Shown here piece by piece: positions 40,360-50,783 of a stretch of DNA of 64,000 nt. Positions within the stretch are counted from its first letter, which is position 1. Each line of letters starts with the position of its first letter. The DNA comes from Alphaproteobacteria bacterium (GTDB taxonomy: Bacteria > Pseudomonadota > Alphaproteobacteria > JAAXGF01): the NCBI GenBank assembly GCA_963555825.3, contig CAUVXB020000002.1, positions 832,001 through 896,000 on the forward strand. Reading direction: 5' to 3'. The position numbers were made by a program, and so were the translations under genes. The notes under the pieces are model-generated. The model had not been told where the DNA came from. It searched no databases and saw nothing but the letters and a program-made list of their open reading frames with translations.

Positions 40360-40386
40360 CACAAAGCAGAAATCATCTGCCGGCGC

Positions 40387-41367
40387 TTACATCATCGCCT
40401 GGTCGACCCAGGGACGCCAGGTGCCCTCGTTGGCGTCGAGCCATTCGGCCACGACCTCCTCGACAGGCCGGCCCTTGACGTCGATTTCGGCCATCATGGC
40501 ATTCTGCGCGGCGTTGTTCAGCTTGTAGTTCTTGAGTAGGCGGAACGCCGCCGGCCACTTCTCTTCCATGCCGATCCAGACCATCTTCTTGATGTAGCCG
40601 AGCTCCCAGTCGCAGTCGTAGGTGGCGTTCGGGTTGAGTCCCCAGGACGCGTCGTCGTAGCAGCCAGCCTCATGGGGTGGCAGATTGACGATCGCCATCT
40701 CGACCTCGGCATGCAGCCAGTGTGGCGCCCAGAACTGCATGATCAGCGGGTCCTTGCGCGATACCGCGCTCTTGATCTCGGCCACCAGCGAGCCTTCGCC
40801 GCCCGACGGCACCGAGACGAAATCCAACCCCAGGGCTTTGATGCGGTCGACGTTGGTGGTGCCCCAGTCGAGCGGATAGTCGAGGAAGCGGCCCTTGGGG
40901 AAGGTCTCGGGCGTCGCGAACACCTCGGCGCATTTCATCAGCGCCTCCCAGTCGGGCAGGCCCGGACACTGGGCCTCGACATATTTGGGGTACATCCAGC
41001 CTTCCCGCGGCTCGAGGCCGAGGTCGCCGATCTCGATGACATTGCCGGTCGCGAGCGCCTTGTCGTAGTTCTCGCCGATGTTTGAGCTCCAAATCTCGAG
41101 AGTCGCGGTGATGGTGTCGTCCTCGAGCGCCGTCATCTGCGGGTAATAGCCCGCGGTCACGTACTCGACCGAGTAGCCCATGCGCTTGAGGATCTCGCCC
41201 GCGACATGGGTCGTGATGTGCTGGCCGGTCCACTCGTTGATCGCCAGCTTTATCGGATCCGGCGTTTCCGGAACGCTGCCGGCCCGCGCGGCCGGCGCCA
41301 AGGCGAAGGACGCCGCGACCGCCAGCCCGGCGAGGCCGAGCGTCGCCTTTTTGATGGAATGATGCAT
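40387..41367 (-). CDS. proX: Quaternary-amine binding protein (ProX/TmoX-like)
   Basis: Signal peptide; EWTGQ, LEIW, CPGLPDW and KGRFLDYPLDW motifs. Confidence 0.85.
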   Translation of the reverse strand: MHHSIKKATLGLAGLAVAASFALAPAARAGSVPETPDPIKLAINEWTGQHITTHVAGEILKRMGYSVEYVTAGYYPQMTALEDDTITATLEIWSSNIGENYDKALATGNVIEIGDLGLEPREGWMYPKYVEAQCPGLPDWEALMKCAEVFATPETFPKGRFLDYPLDWGTTNVDRIKALGLDFVSVPSGGEGSLVAEIKSAVSRKDPLIMQFWAPHWLHAEVEMAIVNLPPHEAGCYDDASWGLNPNATYDCDWELGYIKKMVWIGMEEKWPAAFRLLKNYKLNNAAQNAMMAEIDVKGRPVEEVVAEWLDANEGTWRPWVDQAMM

Positions 41368-41604
41368 TCGATGTCTCCCAGTTCGGTTATTCTTGTAGAC
41401 GTGGCTCCTTAGCCGGAACCGTTCACCTGAACCGACAAATCTACCCACAACTGCCACCGCGCGTCTATAGAGGTGATTGTTACGCCTCATCGGATACGCC
41501 GACAATCACAGCGCGCTGGCCACTGAGAACGGCAGAGCAATAATCCCCCACTGAAGCGGCCGGTCGATCCGGCGAGCTATTGTCAAAAGTTGTGTATGGG
41601 CTGA

Positions 41605-42849
41605 TCATGCGGCGGCGCGATCCTGGCGTTCTCCATCTACGAATTTGACGCCGCGAATGATCTCGGCGAGATGGTTCGATCCATCGAGTTTTCTCCATTT
41701 TCTCTGAGCGCACTGGCATAGTTTGAAGACCATGGCCATCGCCGTCTTGCGCGACAGGCAGCCCTTGGTCCGGTAGGTGCGCAGACGAACCGTGGCGAAC
41801 GTGCTCTCGATGGGGTTGGTCGTGCGTACATGCTTCCAGTGCTCGGCGGGGAAGTCGTAGAACGTCAGCAGGACGTCGCGGTCCTTGGCCAGGCAGGCCG
41901 CGGCCTTGTCGTACTTCGGCCCGTAGGCTTCCAGGAAGAAGTCGAAGGCGCTCTCGGCATCCTTCCTGGTTTCGGCCATCCAGATGTCTTGCAGGCGCCC
42001 CTTGGCTTTCTTTTGCAGACCCTTGGGCAGCTTGTTCAAGACGTTGCCCGTCTTGTGAACCCAGCAGCGTTGCTCGCGGGCGCCTGGGTAGACTTGGCGG
42101 AGCGCCTTCCAGAAGCCGAGCGCGCCGTCGCCGAGCGCCAGTTGCGGACCCATTTCAAGGCCGCGCCGCTTGAGATCGAGCAGAACTTCGAGCCAGGACT
42201 GCTCACTTTCGCGATAGCCGTCGGCGATGGCGATCAGTTCCTTCTGTCCCTTGTCCGTGGCCCCGACGATCACCAGGATGCACTGCTTCTCTTCCTCCAT
42301 GCGGGCGCTGAAATAGATGCCGTCCACCCAGAAATAGACGTAGCGCTTGGCCGTGAGGTCGCGCCGTTGCCAGCGCTCCGCCTCAACCCCCCAGACCTCT
42401 TTCAGCCGGGTGATCGTGGAGGCCGAAAGCCCCGGCGCGGAGCTCCCCAGGAGCGCCGCCAAGGCTTCCCCGAAGTCGCCGGTGGAAATGCCCTTCAGAT
42501 ACAGCCATGGCAAAAGGTCTTCCAGGCTCTTGGCGCGGCGCAGATAGCGCGGCAGGATCGCCGACGTGAAGCGGATGGCGCCGTCCCCCCGGTCCCGCAC
42601 ACGGGGTTGGCGCACGCTCACCGGGCCGATCCCGGTCTGGATGAAGCGTTCCGGCAGATATCCATTGCGGACAACCCGGCGGCGGCCGGCGGCGTCAACA
42701 AGCGCCGCATGGCTACCCAAAAACACGGAGACCTCGGCCTCAACGGCTTGGGCCAACAACTCGCGAGCTCCAGCTTGTAGGACTTCCGTCAACGGATCTT
42801 TCTGAAAATCAGATGGGTTTTGAAAAGCAACAACGGTATTCTCTTTCAT
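41605..42849 (-). CDS. IS256 family transposase
   Basis: RNGY, WVDGIY, GDGALG, QRCWVHK and TTNPIES motifs. Confidence 0.93.
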   Translation of the reverse strand: MKENTVVAFQNPSDFQKDPLTEVLQAGARELLAQAVEAEVSVFLGSHAALVDAAGRRRVVRNGYLPERFIQTGIGPVSVRQPRVRDRGDGAIRFTSAILPRYLRRAKSLEDLLPWLYLKGISTGDFGEALAALLGSSAPGLSASTITRLKEVWGVEAERWQRRDLTAKRYVYFWVDGIYFSARMEEEKQCILVIVGATDKGQKELIAIADGYRESEQSWLEVLLDLKRRGLEMGPQLALGDGALGFWKALRQVYPGAREQRCWVHKTGNVLNKLPKGLQKKAKGRLQDIWMAETRKDAESAFDFFLEAYGPKYDKAAACLAKDRDVLLTFYDFPAEHWKHVRTTNPIESTFATVRLRTYRTKGCLSRKTAMAMVFKLCQCAQRKWRKLDGSNHLAEIIRGVKFVDGERQDRAAA

Positions 42850-42871
42850 GGCGTATCCTTCCTTGGCTTAG

Positions 42872-44341
42872 CAGCCCGTTGAAAAAGGCGTCATTGACCG
42901 GGTTTCACGCCACGGCGAAGCATATCGCGGCGAAGGCGGTTTCGCCATCCTCCGAGACGATGAGGACGATCTGAACGACCAGGACGGCTCCAGCGGGCGT
43001 AACAAGCACGAACAAGGCGCCAATTCCGCCCGCCACGGCCTCCTTCGGGGTGCCGGCGCCGATGAGTTGGCGCATCAGCAACGATAGGTTGTGGCCGGCG
43101 ACGTGAAGCAGGTATCGCTTGTGCACGTTCTCGCGGCCCCGAAGCCAGGTCCGGCGCATACCGCCGCGATCGAGGTTGTGGGCAAAGGAGCGCTCGACGA
43201 TCTCGGCGCGCAGCTTGAAGGCTTCCCTGGCCACCCCCGATAACAGCCGGGTCCGGTTGTTGGTGACCGCCCGGCGAGCCGCATCATCTCCGTGCCAGCG
43301 CGCAAAACCCTTCTGCTTGGGCTCGGAGATCCGGCTCTTCCAGGGGCCGTCGTCGAGCGCCTTCAAGACCAACCGTGAGTGGTAGCCCTTATCGGTCACA
43401 CATTCGGCCGGATCTTCGGCCGTCGGCGCCACATCCACCGCCTCGAGGTTTGCCTCGGCCGCCGCCAGGGTCTTGGGAAGCGTTGTCGTATCGCCCTCGT
43501 CGGCCGGGTGCAGCTCCGCCGCCACCACCGCGCCGGTGTCCAGATCCACCGCGTGCTCGGGCTTGTAGGCCAGGTGCGTGGTGCCGTCCTTCATCTTGGC
43601 GATCTTGGCCTCGGGGTCGCTCCTGGAAACCCAGTCCTGGTTCGAGAGCTTCTTGCCCTTGCGCTTGCGGTCCAGACGCGCCAGGTCCTCAGCCGTGGGT
43701 GTCTCGATACCGCTCTCCTGGGCCAAGCGCTCCAGCATCCCCCGGTAACCCTCGCCCGTGTCCCTCCGCACGATGTTGCGCAGCGCCGCGTTGGCCTCCA
43801 TGGTCGAGGCATCCACCCCGATGCGCTCGCCCTTCACCAGACCCGCCTCGGCGATCAGCGCCAGGACCCAGTCAAACACCGCCGTGTGGACTTCATGGGG
43901 CAGGCGCGCGCGGGTCCGTGACAGCCAGGAATGGTCCGGCACCCGTCCCCGCCTCTCCAACAGCAGGAACTCCCGTAGCGACAGGGAATCCGAGCACCGC
44001 CACTCCAGCCCACGCTCAGAGTCGATACCCTCGAAGTAGCCCACCAGGTGCATACGGAAGTAGCGCCCGGGTGGCACCGAAGGCGCCCCCATCCTGGCCG
44101 CGTAATAGGGCTGGCAGACCGCCTCGGCGAAGCCGTCGAAGCCGCCCTCGATCAGTACCAACTGCAGGCGGTCGTAAAATACATGACCTGGCGAGCGCGG
44201 CATCTCCGACCAGCTCACCATCAAGTCCCCCTGACGATCCTTCTGCTGTCCCATCGCCATCAGCGAACCCCCCTTCAGGCCAGGACACCAGAGAATCAGA
44301 CCATGCCGACTTCGTCCAGGGAAGACTTCGTCAACGGGCTG
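42872..44341 (-). mobile_element. IS1182/IS5-like element nested in IS256
   Basis: IR CAGCCCGTTGA; 4-bp DR TTAG. Confidence 0.88.
42905..44260 (-). CDS. IS1182-like transposase
   Basis: GIDSERGL, PDHS, VDAS, DKGY and VERSFA motifs. Confidence 0.88.
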   Translation of the reverse strand: MAMGQQKDRQGDLMVSWSEMPRSPGHVFYDRLQLVLIEGGFDGFAEAVCQPYYAARMGAPSVPPGRYFRMHLVGYFEGIDSERGLEWRCSDSLSLREFLLLERRGRVPDHSWLSRTRARLPHEVHTAVFDWVLALIAEAGLVKGERIGVDASTMEANAALRNIVRRDTGEGYRGMLERLAQESGIETPTAEDLARLDRKRKGKKLSNQDWVSRSDPEAKIAKMKDGTTHLAYKPEHAVDLDTGAVVAAELHPADEGDTTTLPKTLAAAEANLEAVDVAPTAEDPAECVTDKGYHSRLVLKALDDGPWKSRISEPKQKGFARWHGDDAARRAVTNNRTRLLSGVAREAFKLRAEIVERSFAHNLDRGGMRRTWLRGRENVHKRYLLHVAGHNLSLLMRQLIGAGTPKEAVAGGIGALFVLVTPAGAVLVVQIVLIVSEDGETAFAAICFAVA

Positions 44342-44499
44342 TTAGCTCAAGTGGTGACATCAACAATCACCAGGATACGCCGCCTTCATTTCAACGCCGT
44401 ACACAAGATTCGGTTATAGCTCCGATCCGGCTGCGGCGGACCAAAATGGGACCGCGTATAGCCTTCTGTCAGGGTTGCTCTGACTGGAAGGCGGGGGGG

Positions 44500-45999
44500 A
44501 TGTATCGGGTGGAGTTGTACGCACGGGTTCGGCGGGCGTGTCATGTCGAGGGGATGAGCACCCGCGAGGCCTCGCGGGTGTTTGGTGTAGACCGCAAGAC
44601 GGTCCGTAAGATGCTGTCGTTCTCGGTGCCGCCAGGGTATCGCCGAAGCGCGCCGCCGAGGCGGCCAAAGCTGGGTCCGTTCACGGGAATCATCGATCGG
44701 ATCTTGGAAGACGATCGGACCAGCCACCGCAAGCAACGGCACACTGCGAAGCGCATCTTCGACCGCCTCCGGGACGAGTACGGTTTCACGGGCGGCTACA
44801 CCATCGTGAAGGACTACGTTCGTGAGCAGGGGCTTCGGTCGCGTGAGGTGTTCGTGCCACTCTCCCATTCCCCCGGTCACGCCCAGGCGGACTTCGGCGA
44901 AGCGATGGCGGTGATCGGCGGCGCGTTACGGAAGATCCACTTCCTTGCCTTCGACCTTCCCCACAGTGATGGTTGCTTTGTTGCGGCCTATCCGGCGGAG
45001 ACGACCGAAGCATTCTGCGATGGCCACAACGCGGCGTTTGCCTTCTTCGGCGGCGTCCCCCGATCCATCCTGTACGACAACACCAAGCTGGCGGTTGCCC
45101 GGATCCTGGGCGATGGGAAGCGGCAGCGAACGCGCGTCTTCACGGAGCTTCAGTCCCACTATCTGTTCGAGGACAGGTTCGGCCGGCCGGGCAAGGGCAA
45201 CGACAAGGGCAAGGTCGAGGGACTGGTCGGCTTCATCCGGCGGAACTTCCTGGTCCCCGTCCCGCGTGCCGAGAGCTTCGCGGCCCTCAACGATGCTCTC
45301 GCCGAACAGTGCCGCCGGCGCCAGGCGGCGCGGCTGCGGGGCCACAAGGAGACCATCGGCGAGCGTCTCGAGCGGGATCGTCAAGTTCTCTTGCCATTGC
45401 CGCCTGCTCCCTATGATGCCTGCGATAAGCGCCCTGGACGGGCGAGTTCGCTGTCGCTGGTGCGTTACCGCAGCAACGACTATTCCGTGCCCGTGGCCTA
45501 CGGCCACCGTGAGGTGCTCATCCGGGGCTACGTCGATGAGGTGGTGATCAGCTGCGGGGCCGAGGTGATCGCCCGGCACCGCCGGTCCTACGACAGCGAG
45601 GACCTGATCTTCGACCCGCTGCATTACCTGCCCTTGATCGAGCAGAAGATCGGCGCCCTCGACCAGGCCGCGCCATTGGCGGGCTGGGACCTGCCCGAGG
45701 CCTTCATCACTCTGCGGCGGCTCCTCGAAGCTCGTATGGGCAAGGCAGGCAAGCGCGAGTACGTCCAGGTGCTCCGTCTACTGGAGACCTTCCGGCTCGA
45801 GGAGGTCGAGGGTGCGGTCGGCGACGCCCTGCGGCTCGGCGCAATCGGCTTTGATGCGGTGAAGCACCTGGTACTGTGCCGCATCGAGCGGCGGCCGCCC
45901 AGGCTCAACCTCGACGTCTATCCGTATCTGCCGCGCGCCCGGGTCGCGATGACGTCCGCCAAGTCGTACATGAGCCTGCTGTCGGGGCTCGGCGCATGA
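44500..45999 (+). CDS. istA: IS21 transposase
   Basis: Near-identical to 30116-31615. Confidence 0.92.
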   Translation: MYRVELYARVRRACHVEGMSTREASRVFGVDRKTVRKMLSFSVPPGYRRSAPPRRPKLGPFTGIIDRILEDDRTSHRKQRHTAKRIFDRLRDEYGFTGGYTIVKDYVREQGLRSREVFVPLSHSPGHAQADFGEAMAVIGGALRKIHFLAFDLPHSDGCFVAAYPAETTEAFCDGHNAAFAFFGGVPRSILYDNTKLAVARILGDGKRQRTRVFTELQSHYLFEDRFGRPGKGNDKGKVEGLVGFIRRNFLVPVPRAESFAALNDALAEQCRRRQAARLRGHKETIGERLERDRQVLLPLPPAPYDACDKRPGRASSLSLVRYRSNDYSVPVAYGHREVLIRGYVDEVVISCGAEVIARHRRSYDSEDLIFDPLHYLPLIEQKIGALDQAAPLAGWDLPEAFITLRRLLEARMGKAGKREYVQVLRLLETFRLEEVEGAVGDALRLGAIGFDAVKHLVLCRIERRPPRLNLDVYPYLPRARVAMTSAKSYMSLLSGLGA

Positions 46000-46760
46000 C
46001 CGACACACCGCAAGTGCTGCTCGTCCACCACCTCAAGACGCTGAAGCTGCCGACCTTCCTGCGCGAGTACGACAAGATCGCCCGGCAGTGCGCCTCGGAA
46101 GGCGTCGATCACGTCCGCTACCTGTTGAGACTCGCCGAGCTCGAGCTGATCGACCGCGAGCGCCGCATGGTCGAGCGGCGCATCAAGGCGGCGCGCTTCC
46201 CCGTGGTCAAGAGCCTCGACAGCTTCGACTTCAAGGTCATCCCCTCGCTCAACAAGGCGCTGGTCCTGGAGCTGGCCCGCTGCGAGTACATCGAGCGCCG
46301 CGAGAACCTCATCGCGCTCGGCAACAGTGGGACCGGCAAGACCCACATCGCCCTCGGTCTCGGCCTGGCGGCCTGCCAGAAGGGCCTCTCGGTCGGCTTC
46401 ATCACCGCCGCCGCGCTGGTCCACGAACTCATCGAGGCCCGCGATGACAAGCAGCTGCTGAGGTTCCAGAAGAAGCTCGCCACCTACAAGCTTCTGATCG
46501 TCGACGAACTCGGCTTCGTGCCGCTGTCGAAGACCGGCGCCGAGCTGTTGTTCGAGGTGTTCAGCCAACGCTACGAGCGGGGCTCGACCCTGGTCACCAC
46601 CAATCTGCCCTTCGACGAATGGACCGAGGTGTTCGGCTCCGAGCGCCTCACCGGCGCGCTCCTCGATCGCCTCACCCACCACGTCAACATCCTCGAGATG
46701 AACGGTGACAGCTACAGGCTCAACCAGAGCCGCAGGCGTCAAACCCCGACTGCTAACTGA
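45996..46760 (+). CDS. istB: IS21 helper ATPase
   Basis: Near-identical to 29355-30119 (one A/V difference). Confidence 0.92.
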   Translation: MTDTPQVLLVHHLKTLKLPTFLREYDKIARQCASEGVDHVRYLLRLAELELIDRERRMVERRIKAARFPVVKSLDSFDFKVIPSLNKALVLELARCEYIERRENLIALGNSGTGKTHIALGLGLAACQKGLSVGFITAAALVHELIEARDDKQLLRFQKKLATYKLLIVDELGFVPLSKTGAELLFEVFSQRYERGSTLVTTNLPFDEWTEVFGSERLTGALLDRLTHHVNILEMNGDSYRLNQSRRRQTPTAN

Positions 46761-46965
46761 ACCGACCACCCAGCCCACGCTTGACCCCGTGGGCCCACAG
46801 GTCCCTCCCGCGCGCGCCGCCGCGTCAGCCTGTTGAGGGCACGCCGCGTCGCGCGCGGGGCCCTCCCGTGGACTACGGGGACAAGCCCGCAGCCGCCAAG
46901 CGGTCCCTTCTTACACCGCCGAGGTGGTCCCTTTTTGCTCCGCCATTGACAGGCCACCATGAGGC

Positions 46966-47956
46966 CCTCTAAACCCGCATTCCCCAAGTGACCGATCCAT
47001 CTGATGCGGTTTCCGTCTGATTCCTGTATAAGAATCAGTGGATTAGATCAGACGGAGGGTGGGTCGAATGCGGAACCTGGAGGGTGAGTCGGATCGGGGG
47101 CTTCTGCGGGCGTTTTTCGACCGAAGACTGAAGTTCGAGTTCCACGGTTCGCGGATCACGTCAGACGCTGGTCTGCTCGCCTATCGTGAACTGGACGAAG
47201 CCCTCGGCCTGACCACGCTGGCCGGTGACGTTATTGCTGACAGCCGGACCGGCAAGAACGGTTGGCACGGCATCATCGGTCTCCTTCGCCAATCCGTCTA
47301 TGGTCGTCTCGCCGGGTACGAGGACGTGAACGACGCCGACCGGCTGGGGCGCGATCCTGCGATGCGGTGGATCGTCGGCGGCAGGGCTGTCGAGCGCGGC
47401 GGCGCATCGACCAGCCAGATGGGCCGGTTCGAGACGGAGTTACTCGCCACCAATGACAACCTCGCCGCGCTCGCTGACCTTTTGGGCATCTGGATCGACC
47501 AGGTTAACGAGCGCAAGCCGCCGAAGATTATCGTGCTCGACATGGACAGCTCCGTCAGCCCGACCTACGGTGACCAGGAGGGCACGGCCTACAACGGTCA
47601 CTTCGGCTGCACGTGCTATCACCCGCTGTTCGTGTTCAACCAGTTCGGCGATCTGGAGCGTTGCGCCCTGCGTCCGGGCAACGTGCACAGCGCCCATGAA
47701 TGGCGCGATGTGTTGGACCCGGTGGTCGCTCGATACCGGAACAAGACACTCCGGCGTTATTTCCGTGGTGACGCCGCCTTCGCCTCGCCCGAGGTTTATG
47801 AGTTTCTGGAAGCGGAAGGCTTCAAGTACGCCATCCGGCTTCCGGCCAACAAGGTGCTGCACGACAGCATCGCGCACCTGCTCAAGCGCCCCGTCGGTCG
47901 GCCGCCGAAGGAAGTTCGTCGGTATTACGCGAACTTCAGCTATCGGGCCGGTAGCT
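46966..47956 (+). mobile_element. IS1380 family element, 5' half; transposase truncated
   Basis: ITSDAGLL, GYEDVND, LDMDS and RGDAAF motifs; homology stops after YRAGS. Confidence 0.85.
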
Positions 47957-48378
47957 GCGCCGCGCCAGGTCTTGCGGCACTGCCTTGGGCGACATTGGGC
48001 GGCGGCGTTGAATGATATTGGCGTGCGACACTGGTGATGTTCGGCAGCTGTGCCGGACCCGGGCCGCGCAGTGCGGAACCGGTGCCGGGCAGTGAGGCGC
48101 CGGGGCCGTAAACGGGCCGCGAAGGAGACCGTTGACGGGTTTCGGGCGTGGCTGTTTCTCAGACACGTCGAGACTTATCTGGCGGCGTGGCGGGTGCACT
48201 CCGTCCTGCCCGCTCTCGAGCCGGTCTTCGAGCCCGGTCCCTTCCCGATCCGCATCCAGACGGCGGCGGATCTGGAGGCCGCCCGGTTCGATCTTCTGGC
48301 GTGGGCGGACCCCGACGCGGACGGACCGGCGTCGCCCTTCTGGGTTCAATCGAAGATGGCGGAAGGCGTGCTTGAGCC

Positions 48379-50032
48379 GGGTGTGGGTCTGGTATGGAAA
48401 ATCTAAGTCATTGATTTAGTGCGTTTTTTGTGTCGAGACGAACGGCCGAAATCGGCTATTCGTGACAATGGGCCGCTCCAAGGCAGGATTTTGTTACGAC
48501 GGCAGGGTCGAGCAGGGGAAGGTGGGAACGCTCCGCACCGCCAGAAGCGGTACGATGCCGTGTCTCGAAACCCAACATCGGGAGCATTCCCATGGCAGTA
48601 TCCCCGCCTCCGGCGCCTTCGTCCATCGATCTTTCCGGCCTGCCTCCTCGGGTCGTCGAGGCGGCCGCCCGGGTGCTCGCACTGTGTCGCGAGGAGCTTC
48701 GTTCCGAGCCGCGCCCCGAGGCGCCCGAGGAGGTCGAGTTGCGGGTGCGTGAGGCCACGAACGAGTTCGCTCGCGATGTCATGGGCGCCGTCATCGAGAA
48801 CCGGGACGATGGCGCTTCCCGGATCGAGCGGGACGGGCAGAGCTGGTTCCGGGTCGCGGTGACGCCGAAGACGATCATGACCTCGCTCGGTCCGGTGACC
48901 TACCGGCGAGCGCGTTACCGCAGCGGCGCGAGCGGGGCATCGCCGGTGCCGGTCGACGAGAGCCTGGGCCTCGTCGACGATTACCTGACGCGGCCGGCGG
49001 CCGAGCTCGGTCTGCTGATGATGGGTCACTGCACGGCCCGGGAAGCGGCGGCGTTCTTTGCGAAGACCGGCGCCATGACGCCGTCGGTGAGCACCCTGCA
49101 GCGCCTGACCCTGAGCATGCACGAATGCTGGGAGAGCCTCGGCCCGGAGACGCTGGGCAGCATCCGTGAGGCCGAGGGCATACCGCAGGACGCGACCACC
49201 GCCTCGGTCTCCCTCGACGGCGTCATGGTGCCGCTGAGACCCGGCGAGGACGGTCGCGCCAAGGCCTCCTGGCGCGAGGCTGCCTGCGGCACGGTCTCCT
49301 TCCACGACGCCGAGGGCAAGCGCCTGAAGACCCTCTATCTCGGCCGCATGCCGGAGAGCGGCAAGCTCACGCTGAAGGCGCAGCTTGCAAGCGAAGTCGC
49401 ACACATCAGGCGAGCACGCCCCGAGATCGGGATCGTCGCTATCGCCGATGGCGCCGCCGACAACTGGACCTTCCTGGAGACCCTGTCGCCCGAAACCGAG
49501 GTGATCGACTTCTGGCATGCTTGCGAACATCTGCAAACCGCGTCCGACCATGCCGTGGCGCCCGGCTGGTTCGAGAAGTACCGCGAGATCCTCCGTCACG
49601 ATCCCCGTGGCGTCGCCAAGGTGATCCGGGCGCTGCGCCACCTTCGCGATGCCGCCGCTGCGCCGGACCGGGCCGAGACCGAGCGGGAACTCGCCTTCTT
49701 CCGCAAGCATCGCCATCGCATGCGCTACCACGCCCTGAAGGAAGAGGGCATCGCCATCGGCTCAGGCGTGGTCGAAGCTGCCAACAAGACCCTGGTGACA
49801 CAGCGCATGAAGCGCTCCGGCATGCGCTGGCGGATCGTCGGCGGACAGGCTGTTCTGACCTTCCGCGCCCTGATCAAATCCGGCCGCTTCGAGCGGGCAT
49901 GGAAGGCCCTGATCAGCGCAACCGACACACCGGCCAACGACAACATCAGTCCACGTGCAGCAGCCATGGCAATCGCTGCCTGAACTCAACGAACCAAGCC
50001 GCAGACATCACTGCCATGCGAGACTCGCACCC
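48379..50032 (+). mobile_element. ISKra4 family element, copy 2
   Basis: 1654 bp; 8-bp DR CTTGAGCC. Confidence 0.88.
48592..49983 (+). CDS. ISKra4 family transposase
   Basis: Protein identical to 32054-33445. Confidence 0.88.
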   Translation: MAVSPPPAPSSIDLSGLPPRVVEAAARVLALCREELRSEPRPEAPEEVELRVREATNEFARDVMGAVIENRDDGASRIERDGQSWFRVAVTPKTIMTSLGPVTYRRARYRSGASGASPVPVDESLGLVDDYLTRPAAELGLLMMGHCTAREAAAFFAKTGAMTPSVSTLQRLTLSMHECWESLGPETLGSIREAEGIPQDATTASVSLDGVMVPLRPGEDGRAKASWREAACGTVSFHDAEGKRLKTLYLGRMPESGKLTLKAQLASEVAHIRRARPEIGIVAIADGAADNWTFLETLSPETEVIDFWHACEHLQTASDHAVAPGWFEKYREILRHDPRGVAKVIRALRHLRDAAAAPDRAETERELAFFRKHRHRMRYHALKEEGIAIGSGVVEAANKTLVTQRMKRSGMRWRIVGGQAVLTFRALIKSGRFERAWKALISATDTPANDNISPRAAAMAIAA

Positions 50033-50325
50033 CTTGAGCCGGACGCGGAGCCCCTGGTTGCAGAGGTTGCGGCCGACGGGGGCGCGGTCGAGGGGCTGCG
50101 CCTGGCCGGCGGCGACCTGGTGCTCAAGATCGAGTGGGTCGGCGCGGTCGTGCAGATCCGGATCCGGGGCTCCGCGCCGTTCCCCGAGGACGGCGGGATC
50201 GACATTCGTCACCGCTTCGCGCTGCGGATGCCGCCGACGATGGGACGAATGGTCGACTTCTGGAGCGTGGCGGGCCTGCCGGCCCCTCGGTTGGGGCGGG
50301 GTCGGGGGGCGAGGATCGGGCTCTT

Positions 50326-50526
50326 GTGAAGGCGCTGGACGGACTGCGGGCCGGTAAGACGCCGCGCCAGATTGCCGTGGACATCTACGGGGCGGACGAG
50401 GTGGCCGCCGAGTGGTACAGCGACGGCGGGATGCGCTCGCAGGTCAGGCGGTGGATCGACAAGGCCAGCGCCCTGGCGGACGGCGGCTGGCGCGACCTGG
50501 TGCCGCGCCATGGGCCCGTCGGGTGA
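50326..50526 (+). CDS. DUF2285-like HTH module 1
   Basis: ALDGLRAGKTPRQIAVDIYG..V..EW..MRSQVRR..GGWRDL; GTGA overlap with the upstream stop. Confidence 0.7.
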   Translation: MKALDGLRAGKTPRQIAVDIYGADEVAAEWYSDGGMRSQVRRWIDKASALADGGWRDLVPRHGPVG

Positions 50527-50600
50527 CCGCGTTCGGGAGGCGTGCCGGCCTTTCGGACGGGTCGGGAACGGGGGGCGAAGATTGGGAGGACTGCAAGTTC

Positions 50601-50783
50601 GTGAAGGAGCTGGACGGGCAGCGGGAGGACAAGGCGGCCCGCGAGGTCGCCGAGGTCATCTTCGGGCCGGCGGTCGAGGCCGAGTGGCGCTGCGACGGCG
50701 GGATGCGCTCGCAGGTCAGGCGGCAGATCGCCACGGCGCGCGCCCGCAACGGCGGCGGCCGGCGCGATCTCGTGACCCCGTAA
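50601..50783 (+). CDS. DUF2285-like HTH module 2 (paralogue)
   Basis: ELDG..AREVAEVIFG..EW..DGGMRSQVRR; GGAGGA RBS before GTG. Confidence 0.55.
   Translation: MKELDGQREDKAAREVAEVIFGPAVEAEWRCDGGMRSQVRRQIATARARNGGGRRDLVTP

Larger units (their letters stand above)
41574..44422 (-). mobile_element. IS256 family element nested in the IS21 left end
   Basis: Ends GAGCTA..TGTGT; 9-bp DR CGATCCGGC. Confidence 0.9.
41524..46951 (+). mobile_element. IS21 element, copy 2, carrying nested IS256 and IS1182
   Basis: Same ends as copy 1; 6-bp DR GGCCAC at 41518-41523 and 46952-46957. Confidence 0.92.
48050..50329 (+). pseudogene. FseA-like activator N-terminal/middle part (DUF6499-like), interrupted by ISKra4
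   Basis: AWLFLR..Y, WADP..SPFW; frame is continuous once the IS is removed; followed by DUF2285-like ORFs. Confidence 0.6.

Noticed and set aside
43375-45999. 874-aa ORF as a novel IstA fusion
   Set aside because: The N-terminal part is antisense read-through of the nested IS; the real istA begins at about 44500.
29164-46951. Composite transposon of two IS21 copies around the ABC operon
   Set aside because: Copy 2 has its own 6-bp DR and the outer flanks do not match.
32005-50032. Inversion or composite unit between the two ISKra4 copies
   Set aside because: Each copy keeps its own matching 8-bp DR, so they are independent insertions.
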